A stretch of 60,926 nt of DNA, filler included, from 4 parts of 4 records of this genome joined end to end with filler, not necessarily neighbours in it; one strand, 5' to 3'; shown: positions 29,261-39,628, counted from the whole stretch's first letter. Notes: generated from the sequence alone by a model not told the origin. Numbers and translations: made by a program.

Positions 29261-29306
29261 CCGGGGCGGAGGTCCATCCGACCACCGCCCCGCGCTTGCA
29301 TCATCC
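29261..29306 (+). repeat. Degenerate copy of the 3' end of the ABC ATPase gene (25432-25479)
   Basis: ccggggcgga-g-gtc..acca-ccgcccc-gcg-c-ttgc-a-tcatcc aligns at about 37 of 48 positions by eye. Confidence 0.7.
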
Positions 29307-29308
29307 CA

Positions 29309-29813
29309 TCATGTCATCGGCGGATTGAGCCGGGCGAAACCTTCCTGGCGATGATAGGGAAAATGCGGGTAGGGAGGCGTCACCGCGCTGGCCTCGTTCA
29401 GGCGGCGCATCTGCTCTTCCGTCAGGGACCAGCCGACGGCGCCGAGATTGTCCCGCAACTGCTTTTCGTCCCTGGCACCGATGATCACGGATGACACGGT
29501 CGGCCGTTGCAGAAGCCAGTTGAGGGCGATTTGCGGGATAGTCTTTCCGGTCTCCTCCGCCACGCCTTCCAGCGCATCGACCACACGATAGAGCCGCCCA
29601 TCCTCCACGGGCGGCCCGAAGCTCGCCGTCTCGTGCAACCGGCTGCCTTCCGGGATCGGGCTATCCCGGCGGATTTTCCCGGTCAGACGGCCCCAGCCAA
29701 GCGGGCTCCAGACCAGCGCGCCAAGCCCCTGATCCTGTCCGAGCGGCATCAGGTCCCATTCGTAATCCCGGCCGACAAGCGAGTAATAGACCTGATTGGC
29801 AACATAGCGCGGC
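29309..29813 (-). CDS. Aldo/keto reductase, 5'-truncated by contig end
   Basis: WSPLGWGRLTGK, QIALNWLL, IIGAR..QLRDNL. Confidence 0.88.
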
Positions 29814-29913
29814 NNNNNNNNNNNNNNNNNNNNNNNNNNNNNNNNNNNNNNNNNNNNTTAATTAATTAANNNNNNNNNNNNNNNNNNNNNNNNNNNNNNN
29901 NNNNNNNNNNNNN
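29814..29913. other. Artificial contig linker
   Basis: N-run, TTAATTAATTAA (stops in all six frames), N-run. Confidence 0.98.
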
Positions 29914-30346
29914 CTGGGGCCGCCGCGACATCAAGACGGTGCAACTGCTGTACCCGTCGATGGGCAAGATGATGGCCAAGAAGGCCGGTGTCGACGACGC
30001 ATGGCTGGTCGAGGACGGCTTTGTTACTGAGGGCACCAGCAACAACGCCTATTTCATCAAGGGCAACCGGATCGTCACCCGCGCCCTGTCCAACGACATC
30101 CTGCACGGCATCACCCGCGCCGCCGTGCTGCGCTTTGCCAAAGAGGCCCAGATGGAGGTCGAAGAGCGCAACTTTACCATCGAAGAGGCGCAAGGCGCGG
30201 ATGAGGCATTCATCACCTCTGCCTCGACCTTTGTGATGCCGGTGGTTGAGATCGACGGCGTCGCGCTGGGTGCTGGTACGCCGGGCCCGCGCGCCCTGCG
30301 CCTGCGCGAAATCTATCTGGACGAAAGCCGCAAGGCCGCGATCTGA
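29914..30346 (+). CDS. dat: D-amino-acid aminotransferase (PLP class IV), 5'-truncated
   Basis: RRDIKTVQLL, TEGTSNNA, ILHGITR, ADEAFITSAS. Confidence 0.88.
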
Positions 30347-30350
30347 GCCA

Positions 30351-32546
30351 ATGACCGCCAAGGCGCTCGTCGAGGCGATTGCCGCGCTGGTGATCTTTCT
30401 GACACTGGCGGGGCTTGGCCTGTTTCAGGTGCCTAGCGAAGACGCGACAATTGAGGCTGGTTTGCAGGCGCAGGCCACGGCCTTGCTGGCGGATCTGCCC
30501 AATCCGCCGACCCTGACCGTCAAGGGCCGCGAGATCACCGTTGCGGGCCGCGTCCAAAGCCACGCGGTCCGCCGCCAGATCGAAAGCGATTTGCGCGCCA
30601 TCGACGGGGTCAAAGAGGTGACCGCCCGCCTTCAGGTGCTGCCAGAGGTCGCAGAATTCGCCTTTTCGATGCGCAAGGGGACCGACGGCGTGGTGCTGGC
30701 GGGTCATGTCCGCCGCGCCGATACCATCGCATTGTTGACCGAACTGGCAGGCGGGCCGTTGCCAGAGGTCACTCTGGCCAGCGGCGGGGCCTTTGACGGC
30801 TGGGACGGGGCTGTGCTGACACTGGCACAGGCAGTTGCCCAATTGGATGAGGCCGACATCGTGCTGACGGGCGACGCGGTGCAAATCCGCGGCGTGACGT
30901 TGTGGCCTGCGGATCTGGCCGCAATCGACCGTGTGCTTGCAGAGCTGCCCCCGGACATCGCCGTCACATCAGATCTGACTGCGCGCGATGACGGTCGGCC
31001 CTTTTTCCTGATCGCGGAAAAGCAACCGGGCCTTGGGGTTAGCCTGCGTGGCAAGCTGCCGCTCGCCCTATCGGCCCGTGACCTGTCAGAGGTGTTCACG
31101 CGGGGCGTCCATGCCGAAACCCTGTCGGTCGGTCCGGTCGATCCGGGGTATCCCGCGCTTGCCGCAAGTATGTTGGCCGCCGCGCGTGTTCTGGATGTTG
31201 CGGATGAAGGGGTCGTCACTGTCACCCCCGGCACCCTGATCCTGTCGGCCTTGCGCGGCGGCGACGACGTGGATCAGGCGCTGGATGCTCTGCGGGCCGA
31301 TCTGCCAAGCGAAACCCTGCTTGCGGTGTCGCGGCTTCCTCTGACCGATCCGGAACCTTTTTGGCTGGCGCTTGAACGGCGTGCTGGCAAGGTCACGGCC
31401 CAAGGCGTTGTGCCGGTCGATCTGTCACAACAGACCCTGGATGCGGCGTTTGAGGGGGCGGATGTCTCGGGCCTGCGGCACGCGCTTTACCCGGATATCA
31501 CGGGCTGGTCGGGTGGATTGGATGCTGTCAGCACCGTCTTTGACGAGATCGTCGAAGGGCGGCTGCTGTTCGAAGAGGGGGCCGTCACATTGGACGCGCT
31601 GTTGCCCGATCCGGTCAGTGCCGGTCGGGTCGATGCTCTTTTGACGGCGCTCCCACAGGGGCAGGACTATCGGCGCACGGTCGAATTGGTCGATGACGGG
31701 CTGACTCTGGACGCGACCCTTACCTACACGCCGCAAACTGGCGCACAGATTGAGGGCACCTTGCCGGGAAATCTGACGGCGCAGGACGTGCCGACACTGT
31801 TGGGCCTGCCCGCCGTCGCGGGCGGTGCGGGCAGTGACAAGGACATGCCGTTGCCACGTGCCAAGACGGTCCTGCTGGCTCTCGAACGCTGGTTGGGAGA
31901 GGTCGAGGATCTGACCCTGACCCTCCGGCCAGAGGGAAGCACGCTGGACGCCGTGCTGTCACCCGGCGTCGACATGGCCCAGATCGACGCGGCGATGCGC
32001 GCTATTCTGGCCCCGCAGGACTCACTGCGTTTGCGTCGGATGGCTGTCTTTCCAGAGGCCGGGACAGAGCGGACAAATGCGGCACTGGGTTTGGCGCAGG
32101 TCTTTGCTGCTGGCCACTGGCTGCCAAAGCTGGATTTCACGCCCTCGGTCGCGGAATGCGCGCGGCAAAGCCTGTTGGCCGAACGCGCCGATCCGATCCA
32201 CTTTCTGTCCGGCTCTGCGCGGTTGGATGCCAGATCGGTGCGCGGCGTCAATGCGCTGGCCGCAGTGGCGCGCGTGTGTGTTCTGGACGGCGGGCTAGAG
32301 GTGCAGGTTGAGGGCCATACCGACTCCGACGGAGAGGTCGCAGCGAACCGGGTTATCAGCCGCCAACGGGCCGTTGTGGTGGCCGTTGAGATCGCCAAAC
32401 GCGGGGTGCGCCCGGGCGCAATGAACGTGGTTGGCTTTGGGTCGGCGCGGCCCGTGGCCGACAATGACAATGACAGTGACGCAGGGCGGGCGCGAAACCG
32501 ACATGTATCGTTGTTCTGGCGTGCGCCGGGGCAGGCGGTGCAATAG
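30351..32546 (+). CDS. OmpA-family peptidoglycan-binding protein with BON-like N-terminal units
   Basis: N-terminal TM, BON-like VKGREITVAGRV, C-terminal EGHTDSDG..SRQRA..GFGSARPVADN..GRARNR. Confidence 0.8.
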   Translation: MTAKALVEAIAALVIFLTLAGLGLFQVPSEDATIEAGLQAQATALLADLPNPPTLTVKGREITVAGRVQSHAVRRQIESDLRAIDGVKEVTARLQVLPEVAEFAFSMRKGTDGVVLAGHVRRADTIALLTELAGGPLPEVTLASGGAFDGWDGAVLTLAQAVAQLDEADIVLTGDAVQIRGVTLWPADLAAIDRVLAELPPDIAVTSDLTARDDGRPFFLIAEKQPGLGVSLRGKLPLALSARDLSEVFTRGVHAETLSVGPVDPGYPALAASMLAAARVLDVADEGVVTVTPGTLILSALRGGDDVDQALDALRADLPSETLLAVSRLPLTDPEPFWLALERRAGKVTAQGVVPVDLSQQTLDAAFEGADVSGLRHALYPDITGWSGGLDAVSTVFDEIVEGRLLFEEGAVTLDALLPDPVSAGRVDALLTALPQGQDYRRTVELVDDGLTLDATLTYTPQTGAQIEGTLPGNLTAQDVPTLLGLPAVAGGAGSDKDMPLPRAKTVLLALERWLGEVEDLTLTLRPEGSTLDAVLSPGVDMAQIDAAMRAILAPQDSLRLRRMAVFPEAGTERTNAALGLAQVFAAGHWLPKLDFTPSVAECARQSLLAERADPIHFLSGSARLDARSVRGVNALAAVARVCVLDGGLEVQVEGHTDSDGEVAANRVISRQRAVVVAVEIAKRGVRPGAMNVVGFGSARPVADNDNDSDAGRARNRHVSLFWRAPGQAVQ

Positions 32547-32604
32547 GCGTAAACCTTAATGCCAGGTAAATTCGTCTCTGCAAGCCATTGATTTTGTTGT
32601 GGCG

Positions 32605-33816
32605 TTAACCTTGTCCACTGTGGCGCCCCACTTGCTGGCCTTCCATCCAAGTGGCTGCATGACGCCCCGCCCATAGCCCCGTGGCAAGGCAGGCCGTCAT
32701 CAGATACCCCCCCGTCGGGGCCTCCCAATCCAGCATCTCACCAGCACAAAAACAGCCCGGCTTGTCCCTCAACATCAGCCCCGCATCCAGCGCCGCAAAG
32801 GGCACCCCGCCCGCGGTCGAGATCGCCTCATCCATCGGCCGCAGCCCTGCATGGCGGAGGGGCAGTGCCTTGATCATCGTGGCCAGCGCGGCAGGCTCCT
32901 CGGGCAAAGGGCGGGCAAACTCCATCAGCAAAGCCTGCGCCGCCAGCGGCAGTCGCAGCACCTTGCGGATCGCATTGGCCCGGCTCTGCTTGCCTCTGGG
33001 TCGTGACAGGCGCTCCACCAGCACACCCATCGAAACATCCGGCAGCAGATCGACCGTCAGATCATAGCCCGCCCGCAGCGCCGGGGTCAGCGGATAGATC
33101 CCGCCCCCCTCCAGCCCCCGAGCGGAAATCACCGCCTCGCCCCGGTTTTCCATTGGCCCGGCGCGAAAGGTCACATTCTTCAGCGGCGCGCCGAAATGTT
33201 TGACCATATGCGGCGACCAATCGACAAGAACCCCGGCATTCGACGCGGCAAAAGGGGCCACCGGCAGGCCCACGGCCCGGAAATGATCCGCCCACAGCCC
33301 GTCCGACCCCAGCCGCGCCCAACTGGCCCCGCCAAGCGCCAGAACCGTGACCGCCGGGTGCTCAACGGTTGGGCCCTCCGGCGTGTCAAAGCGCAGGCCG
33401 CCTTCCTCGGCCCAGCCCAGCCACTGCCACCGCGTGCGCCGGTCCAGCCCCATGCCATCCAATCGCGCCAGCCAAGCGCGCAACAGCGGGGAGGCTTTCA
33501 TCGCGGTCGGAAACAGCCGCCCGCTGGACCCGGTAAAGGTGGGCTGGCCCAGCCCCTCCGCCCATGTCTGCACTTCTTCGGGTCCAAACGCGTCTAGCAT
33601 CTTGGCCAGTTCTGGCGCGGCCTCGGCATAGGCGGCGCGAAAATCGGCGCGATCCTCCATCTTGGTCAGGTTCAACCCAGATTTCCCGGCCATCAACAAC
33701 TTGCGTCCGACTGAGGGTTTCGCCTCTGCCAGCACCACGGGAACCCCCGCCGACAGCAGCGCATCCGCCGCCATCAACCCCGCTGGCCCGCCACCAATCA
33801 CCAGCGCATGGCTCAT
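32605..33816 (-). CDS. HI0933/BaiN-like NAD(P)/FAD-dependent flavoprotein
   Basis: GGGPAGL, GRKLLMAGKSGLNLT, EAISTAGG, GEMLDWEAPTGGYL. Confidence 0.9.
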   Translation of the reverse strand: MSHALVIGGGPAGLMAADALLSAGVPVVLAEAKPSVGRKLLMAGKSGLNLTKMEDRADFRAAYAEAAPELAKMLDAFGPEEVQTWAEGLGQPTFTGSSGRLFPTAMKASPLLRAWLARLDGMGLDRRTRWQWLGWAEEGGLRFDTPEGPTVEHPAVTVLALGGASWARLGSDGLWADHFRAVGLPVAPFAASNAGVLVDWSPHMVKHFGAPLKNVTFRAGPMENRGEAVISARGLEGGGIYPLTPALRAGYDLTVDLLPDVSMGVLVERLSRPRGKQSRANAIRKVLRLPLAAQALLMEFARPLPEEPAALATMIKALPLRHAGLRPMDEAISTAGGVPFAALDAGLMLRDKPGCFCAGEMLDWEAPTGGYLMTACLATGLWAGRHAATWMEGQQVGRHSGQG

Positions 33817-34158
33817 GGCGCGGCTGGCCCGGACGCCTGATGCAATTCGACGACGCGATGGGGATAGGGGATCTCTATTCCGTTGTCCTTGAGCGCGTTC
33901 CAGATCAGGAACAGCACGTCAGAGGTGTATTTGTTCGGGCCGTCGTCGATTCCGTTGACCCAGAACTCCACTGCGAAATCCACGCCAGAGTCGCCAAAGC
34001 CGCGCAACTCACAATCGGGCGGATAGGGCAAGTCCAGCACGCCGGGATGCTGCGCCACAGCTGCCTCGACGATGGCGGGCACCAGATTGATGTCGGTTTT
34101 GTAGCTGACCGAGAAATCCGCCTCATACCGGTTGGCGCTGCCCTGATCGGAATAGTTG
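33813..34158 (-). CDS. MscS mechanosensitive channel, C-terminal part (truncated)
   Basis: GFGDSGVDF, IWNALKDNGIEIPYP. Confidence 0.85.
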
Positions 34159-34258
34159 NNNNNNNNNNNNNNNNNNNNNNNNNNNNNNNNNNNNNNNNNN
34201 NNTTAATTAATTAANNNNNNNNNNNNNNNNNNNNNNNNNNNNNNNNNNNNNNNNNNNN
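34159..34258. other. Artificial contig linker
   Basis: N-run with TTAATTAATTAA core. Confidence 0.98.
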
Positions 34259-34930
34259 CAGTTCGAAATGATGGGGGTCTATCCGCTCAATGAATCGGTG
34301 GCGATCGGCCGCTCCCGCGACAAGCTGCGCTCGATGCAGCTTCTGGCGCGGGACGGCATCGGCTTGCCGGTCACCACCTTCGCCCATGATCCGAAACAGA
34401 CCGAAGAGGTGCTGAGCCTTGCCGGTGGTGCGCCGCTGGTGGTCAAGCTGCTGGAAGGCACCCAGGGTATCGGCGTCGTGCTGGCGGATTCGGACCGTTC
34501 CGCCAAATCGGTGATCGAAGCCTTCCGGGGTGCCGGGGTTAATATTCTGGTGCAGGAATTCATCAAGGAGGCCGGCGGTACAGATATCCGTGCCCTGGTC
34601 GTTGGCGGCAAGGTGATCGCGGCCATGCAGCGCACCGGGGCCGACGATGAATTCCGGTCCAATTTGCACCGGGGTGGCAGCGCCAAGGCGATCCGGATCA
34701 GCCCGGAAGAGCGGGCAACCGCGATCCGCTCGGCCAAGACCCTTGGCCTGAATGTCTGCGGCGTCGACATGCTGCGCTCCAATCACGGACCGGTGGTGAT
34801 GGAGGTGAATTCCTCCCCCGGGCTGGAAGGGGTGGAGAAGGCGACCGGCATCGACGTTGCCGGCAAGATCATCGAACATATTGAAGCCCGCGCGAAGGCC
34901 GGCAAGACCAAGACAAAGGGCAAGGGCTGA
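34259..34930 (+). CDS. rimK: RimK ATP-grasp glutamate ligase, 5'-truncated
   Basis: [42 protein letters not shown]. Confidence 0.92.
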   Translation, partial: QFEMMGVYPLNESVAIGRSRDKLRSMQLLARDGIGLPVTTFAHDPKQTEEVLSLAGGAPLVVKLLEGTQGIGVVLADSDRSAKSVIEAFRGAGVNILVQEFIKEAGGTDIRALVVGGKVIAAMQRTGADDEFRSNLHRGGSAKAIRISPEERATAIRSAKTLGLNVCGVDMLRSNHGPVVMEVNSSPGLEGVEKATGIDVAGKIIEHIEARAKAGKTKTKGKG

Positions 34931-35970
34931 TGGCCAAACGGCCGGATTTCGTCATTGGCGGGGTTTCGGTTGCCCCGGGCACGCGCCAGACAGTCGATAT
35001 CCCGGTCAGTGTGCTGTCGGATAACACGCCGGTACATCTGTCGGTCCATGTCATCCATGGCCGCCGTCCCGGCCCGACCCTGTTCGTCAGTGCCGCCGTG
35101 CATGGCGACGAGGTGATCGGGGTGGAGATTGCCCGCCGGTTGCTGCGCTCTTCGCAGGTAAACAGCATCAGCGGAACGTTGCTCGTTGTTCCGATCGTCA
35201 ACACGTTCGGGTTCCTCAACCATTCCCGCTATATGCCGGACCGGCGCGATCTGAACCGCAGTTTCCCCGGTGGCGAGAAAGGCTCGCTTGCGGGGCGTTT
35301 GGCGCATCTCTTCATGACGGAAGTGGTGGAGCGGTCCGATCTCGGGATCGACCTTCATTCAGCGGCCATTCACCGCACCAACATGCCGCAGATCCGGATC
35401 TCGCCGACGCATGCCGAGACGATGGCTTATGCCTATGCCTTCGGCGCGCCCGTGATTATCCGGGCGAAATTGCGGGACGGCTCGCTGCGGGCGGCGGCGA
35501 AGGTGCGGGGCATCGACATGCTGCTTTATGAAGCGGGCGAAGGACTGCGGTTCGACGAACAGTCGGCGCGGGTCGGAGTGACCGGTATCCTTCGGGTTAT
35601 GCAGGAAATGTCGATGATCGGGGCGCGTGGCGTCTCGAAACCCCGTGAACGCTCGGTCGAAGCCTCGAACAGTTCCTGGACGCGGGCTCCGGCCGGGGGG
35701 CTTCTCCGGGCATTCAAGGGGACGAGTGAATATGTCACCGAGGGGGATCTTCTTGGCGTCATCGCCGACCCCTTCGGAGAGGTCGAAACGCAGGTTCTGG
35801 CGGAAACCGCCGGGATCATCATCGGGCGCACCAACCTGCCGGTGCTGAATGAGGGCGACGCCCTGTTTCACATTGCGGAGACCAGCCGCCACAAAGCAGA
35901 GACGACAATCGATCGCCTTGCCACACAAGTCGAGGCGGATCCGATGTTCGACGAGGACGAGATCATCTGA
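34930..35970 (+). CDS. Succinylglutamate desuccinylase/aspartoacylase-family (M14-like) peptidase
   Basis: AAVHGDE, RRDLNRSFPG, IDLHS, YEAGE; overlaps the rimK stop. Confidence 0.88.
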   Translation: MAKRPDFVIGGVSVAPGTRQTVDIPVSVLSDNTPVHLSVHVIHGRRPGPTLFVSAAVHGDEVIGVEIARRLLRSSQVNSISGTLLVVPIVNTFGFLNHSRYMPDRRDLNRSFPGGEKGSLAGRLAHLFMTEVVERSDLGIDLHSAAIHRTNMPQIRISPTHAETMAYAYAFGAPVIIRAKLRDGSLRAAAKVRGIDMLLYEAGEGLRFDEQSARVGVTGILRVMQEMSMIGARGVSKPRERSVEASNSSWTRAPAGGLLRAFKGTSEYVTEGDLLGVIADPFGEVETQVLAETAGIIIGRTNLPVLNEGDALFHIAETSRHKAETTIDRLATQVEADPMFDEDEII

Positions 35971-35982
35971 CCGGTGCGCTAC

Positions 35983-37053
35983 TTACTCCGCCGCATCCCT
36001 TGAGCGGCCGCTGAGGCGTTGCTGCCGGGCTTCTTCCAGAACGTCTGCCAGCACTTCGGTATGGAACCGGTCGCAGCCGATGCAGAGATTGCGGTAGGGC
36101 TCACCTTTCACGGTGATGGTTTCCGATTTCTTCAGGAAGGTTTCGACATCCCAGCCGTGGGCGATGCCCATGCGTTCAGGGTGGCCCATCGAGATCGCCT
36201 CGAAGGCCGGATGGCCGACCAGGCTGTCGATGATGTCTTCCAGCGGCTCTTCCGTCAGGTTGCCGAGCGGCGCCTTGGTTTTCAGGCAGCACGGGAAAAC
36301 GTCACCGTTCGGATCGATGGACACTTCCGAGCCGGAATAGCGCCGGTTCAGGAAATTCAGGCCACCGGACCAGACATTGCAGAAATTGTCATTGATGGTC
36401 GCCTTGGAGAGGCCGTTCTTCCAGGCCCGGCCGCGTGGCCAGATCTTGCCGATCCAGGCATCCTCCGTGGCACCAAAGAAGGAAAAGGCCGGTCCGTCAT
36501 CGTCCCAGGCCCGTTCGGACGGCTCATGCACGAAATCGCGCATGCCCGCGGCCTTGAACCACTGGGTCAGCCGTTCCTGCAGCGGAACCCGCTTCTCGCC
36601 CTCCATGCCGACATGAAAATCGTCCATCCCGGCGACCGAGATCATGTAGATCCCGCGTTCCAGCAACTCGCCGATGATCTTTTCGGTGAGCAGGTCACCC
36701 GTGGTCTGTACGACCAGACGGACGCCGCCCTGTGCCTTGTACTTGTCCCGGATCATTTCCAGCGCGGGATAAAGAATATTCTCCCGCACGGGATCGATCA
36801 GCACTTCTCCGCCGGAGACGATGATCCGGCTGTTCCGCTCGACATAACCGCCCGGCGCGTTGTCGTCCGGTTGTTGCAGGTCGAGATAGGTCAGCCGTTC
36901 AGGCAGGTTCGCGATGATGCGGGGGAAATTCTCTTCTGCCGCACTGACGACCGCTTTCAGCTCGTCGCGGACATAGGGCCGGAACTTGTCCTCGTAGCAA
37001 TGCTTGCATCGCCGGTGACAGGCCCATGAGAGGACGTAATAGATACTTTCCAT
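35983..37053 (-). CDS. Radical SAM protein with SPASM/twitch-like C-terminus
   Basis: CHRRCKHC, SGGE, IDPNGDVFPCC, LGNL, CIGC. Confidence 0.85.
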   Translation of the reverse strand: MESIYYVLSWACHRRCKHCYEDKFRPYVRDELKAVVSAAEENFPRIIANLPERLTYLDLQQPDDNAPGGYVERNSRIIVSGGEVLIDPVRENILYPALEMIRDKYKAQGGVRLVVQTTGDLLTEKIIGELLERGIYMISVAGMDDFHVGMEGEKRVPLQERLTQWFKAAGMRDFVHEPSERAWDDDGPAFSFFGATEDAWIGKIWPRGRAWKNGLSKATINDNFCNVWSGGLNFLNRRYSGSEVSIDPNGDVFPCCLKTKAPLGNLTEEPLEDIIDSLVGHPAFEAISMGHPERMGIAHGWDVETFLKKSETITVKGEPYRNLCIGCDRFHTEVLADVLEEARQQRLSGRSRDAAE

Positions 37054-37251
37054 TAGCTTTTTCCCGCTTGCATCTGGTGATGCATATGCCTGTTCCGGCA
37101 CCGCGTGTGAAATCACGCCTCCGTCAGCAGTACGCGATCCAACCGGGTAAGAACCTACCTTCGAGGGGCAGGCAGGTCGAGCCGCAAGCCCGCCCGGTTG
37201 CGCGGGACTGCCTCTTCCGGTACCCCATGAGAGTGGCTCTCAGAGGTGCGG

Positions 37252-38211
37252 ATGACGGCAAGGACACTGATTGGCGATCTCGGCGGCACGAATTTGCGGC
37301 TGGCACTGACCGATGGCAGCGCGCTTGAGGCCGAGGCCCGTTTTCTGACGGCAGAGCATGACGGGCTGGAAGCCGCGCTCGACGCTTATCTGAACGGGCT
37401 CCCGCCCACTCGTCGCCCGACCGGGGCCATTCTCGCCGTAGCCGGTCCTGTTTCCGGCGACCTCTTTACCCTGACCAACTGCCCCTGGAGCTTCTCCCGG
37501 CAGGCTGTCGCGGGACGCTACGGCTGGAGCCGGTTCGATCTGCTGAACGATTTCTCGGCGGTCGCGTCCGGCCTGCCATATCTGGACGGTCCTGATCTTG
37601 AACTGGTCAAGGACGGCACGGCGCGGCCGGATGCGCCCAAGCTGGTGCTCGGTCCCGGGACGGGGCTTGGTGTCGGGATCGCGGTGCCGTCGGAAGATCG
37701 CTGGTCCGTGCTGGACGGGGAAGGCGGGCATGTCAGCCTGCCGGTCTGCGATGCGGAAGAAGCGGATCTGATGCACCGGCTGAAGCACGGCACGGTGCCG
37801 GTTTCAGCGGAAGAGGTGCTGTCCGGCTCAGGGCTGGCGGCTTTGTTCAATGCCATCGCGGAGCGGGACGGGGTGGCGGAGCGGGTCGAGACCGGTGCCG
37901 ATGTCATGGCCCGGCTGACCGGGGACGCTTGCCCGGTCGCCCGCGAGGTGCTGGACCGGTTCTCCGGGCTCCTGGGGGCGGTTGCCGCGAATGCGGCACT
38001 GACCGTGGGGGCACGCGGTGGCGTCTATCTGACCGGCGGCGTGCTGGGACATGCAGGTGCCACTTTCCGGGAGGATCTGTTCCGGGACCGTTTCACTGCG
38101 AATGCCCGGATGGTGGATTATCTTGCCGCTATCCCTGTTTATCGCATCCGGCATCCGGAACCGGGGCTGTTCGGGCTCCGGATGCTGGCGCGTGGCTCGT
38201 CTCTCACTTAG
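37252..38211 (+). CDS. glk: Glucokinase
   Basis: GDLGGTNLR, LLNDF, GPGTGLG, EGGH, GGVYLTGG. Confidence 0.9.
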   Translation: MTARTLIGDLGGTNLRLALTDGSALEAEARFLTAEHDGLEAALDAYLNGLPPTRRPTGAILAVAGPVSGDLFTLTNCPWSFSRQAVAGRYGWSRFDLLNDFSAVASGLPYLDGPDLELVKDGTARPDAPKLVLGPGTGLGVGIAVPSEDRWSVLDGEGGHVSLPVCDAEEADLMHRLKHGTVPVSAEEVLSGSGLAALFNAIAERDGVAERVETGADVMARLTGDACPVAREVLDRFSGLLGAVAANAALTVGARGGVYLTGGVLGHAGATFREDLFRDRFTANARMVDYLAAIPVYRIRHPEPGLFGLRMLARGSSLT

Positions 38212-38229
38212 TGAATGGTGGCCGATGCG

Positions 38230-38883
38230 TCATGCCTCTTCGGTCAATTCTGACATCGTCACCCGGTTCCTTACGCTCGGACGCTCCTGCATTCTCGCGT
38301 ACCAGGCCCGGAGAGCGCCGCATTCCTGTGGCACCGGCACATCCACGAGCTCGGCAAAGATCAGACCGCCTATTGTCGTGATATCGGCCATCGAGAAGAC
38401 ATCGCCAGCGACAAAGGGCTGTTTTTCCAGGACGTCGTTGAAATAGTGCATGCCTCTTATGGCTTTGTCGCGCTGGCGGAAACCCCATTCCGGGTTTTGA
38501 TAAATCTCGACATCGGGTCCAAGCCCGGGCGTGCCATTATGGAAATAAACACTTATGGCATCGAGCAGTTCCAGCTCCGCACGCTTGCTCATCATGTGGA
38601 TCATGCCTTTTTCGCGCGGGGTCCTGCCTGTGAGTGTCGGAAGGCCTTCAAGCGCGTCTAGATATTCCGTGATGGCGGTGCATTCCGCAATGAAGCTCCC
38701 GTCTTCGAGTTCAAGCACCGGTAAGGTGCCGGAGTAGTTCTTCGCCAGAAATTCCGGCGTCTTGTGCTCACCTTTCCAAAGGTTGACCGATACGAAGGTG
38801 ACGAGCGGCTGCAGGTTTTTCTCGGCCAGAGCGATCCGCACGCGCGCCGGATAAGGGCCGGTGTGCCAGTCGTAAATTTTCAT
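38230..38883 (-). CDS. Glutathione S-transferase
   Basis: GPYPARVRIALAEK, GTLPVLELEDG..AECTAITEYL, FSMADIT. Confidence 0.92.
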   Translation of the reverse strand: MKIYDWHTGPYPARVRIALAEKNLQPLVTFVSVNLWKGEHKTPEFLAKNYSGTLPVLELEDGSFIAECTAITEYLDALEGLPTLTGRTPREKGMIHMMSKRAELELLDAISVYFHNGTPGLGPDVEIYQNPEWGFRQRDKAIRGMHYFNDVLEKQPFVAGDVFSMADITTIGGLIFAELVDVPVPQECGALRAWYARMQERPSVRNRVTMSELTEEA

Positions 38884-38893
38884 GATCAATTCT

Positions 38894-38964
38894 CTACCTG
38901 TCAATTGGTAGGTAAGTCATAAGCTATTAATCCATTCGGTCAATGGCTATCTATCACTTGGTAG
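38894..38964. promoter_or_regulatory. Two candidate TetR operators in the GST/TetR divergent region
   Basis: ctacctgtcaattggtag (38894-38911) and ctatctatcacttggtag (38947-38964): 15/18 identical, each an imperfect palindrome. Confidence 0.6.
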
Positions 38965-38992
38965 AATTCAGAATGCTTTGATGAGGCGGGAT

Positions 38993-39556
38993 ATGGGCGA
39001 GAACGCTAAGGAAGCGATCCTGGCAGCAGCCAAAAAGACTGCGCAGGCGCATGGTTACGGCGGGTTGAATTTTCGTGAACTGGCGGCTGAAGTCGGTATC
39101 AAGGCCGCGAGCATCTATTATCATTTTCCAAGCAAAGCGGATCTCGCGGTCGCAGTGGCCCGGCGCTATTGGGAGGACTCGGCGGCTTATCTGGAGGCGA
39201 TGTCAGCCGAGTTTCCGGAGCCTTTGCACTGTCTTCGTAAATATCCTGTGACGTTCCGCTGGGCGCTGGAAAATGGCAATCGCATGTGCTTGTGCAGCTT
39301 CATGGCCGCGGAATATGACGACCTGCCCGACCTCGTGAAAAAAGAGGTGCAGCATTTTGCAGATGTCCATGTGGGATGGCTTAGCAAGGTCTTGTCATCA
39401 GCCGGTATAGGCACTTCTGAGGAGTGCGACCAGCGTGCAGGCGCCATCTTCGCAGCCATTGCAGGTGCGCAGCTGATGGCACGAAGCCGTTCGGATATCT
39501 CGCTTTTTGACGGGATGATCGACAGCTATCGTGCGGCGGGACTTCTTCCGGCTTAG
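38993..39556 (+). CDS. TetR/AcrR family regulator
   Basis: GYGGLNFRELAAEVGIKAASIYYHFPSK HTH. Confidence 0.92.
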   Translation: MGENAKEAILAAAKKTAQAHGYGGLNFRELAAEVGIKAASIYYHFPSKADLAVAVARRYWEDSAAYLEAMSAEFPEPLHCLRKYPVTFRWALENGNRMCLCSFMAAEYDDLPDLVKKEVQHFADVHVGWLSKVLSSAGIGTSEECDQRAGAIFAAIAGAQLMARSRSDISLFDGMIDSYRAAGLLPA

Positions 39557-39588
39557 GTAACGAGCCTTCAGCACCCGTGACTGCTTTT

Positions 39589-39628
39589 GCATCCGGAGCC
39601 GGATCTCTTCGGGCTCCGGATGCTGGCG
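39589..39628 (+). repeat. Second copy of the glk 3' end (38151-38190)
   Basis: gcatccggagccggatctcttcgggctccggatgctggcg vs gcatccggaaccggggctgttcgggctccggatgctggcg, 36/40 identical. Confidence 0.88.

Noticed and set aside
32459-32480. GACAAT micro-repeat in the OmpA gene
   Set aside because: Short in-frame low-complexity loop (DNDNDSD) with no sign of phase variation
34259-35970. rimK plus M14-like peptidase as a novel peptide system
   Set aside because: A common, known gene pairing, and the contig is truncated upstream
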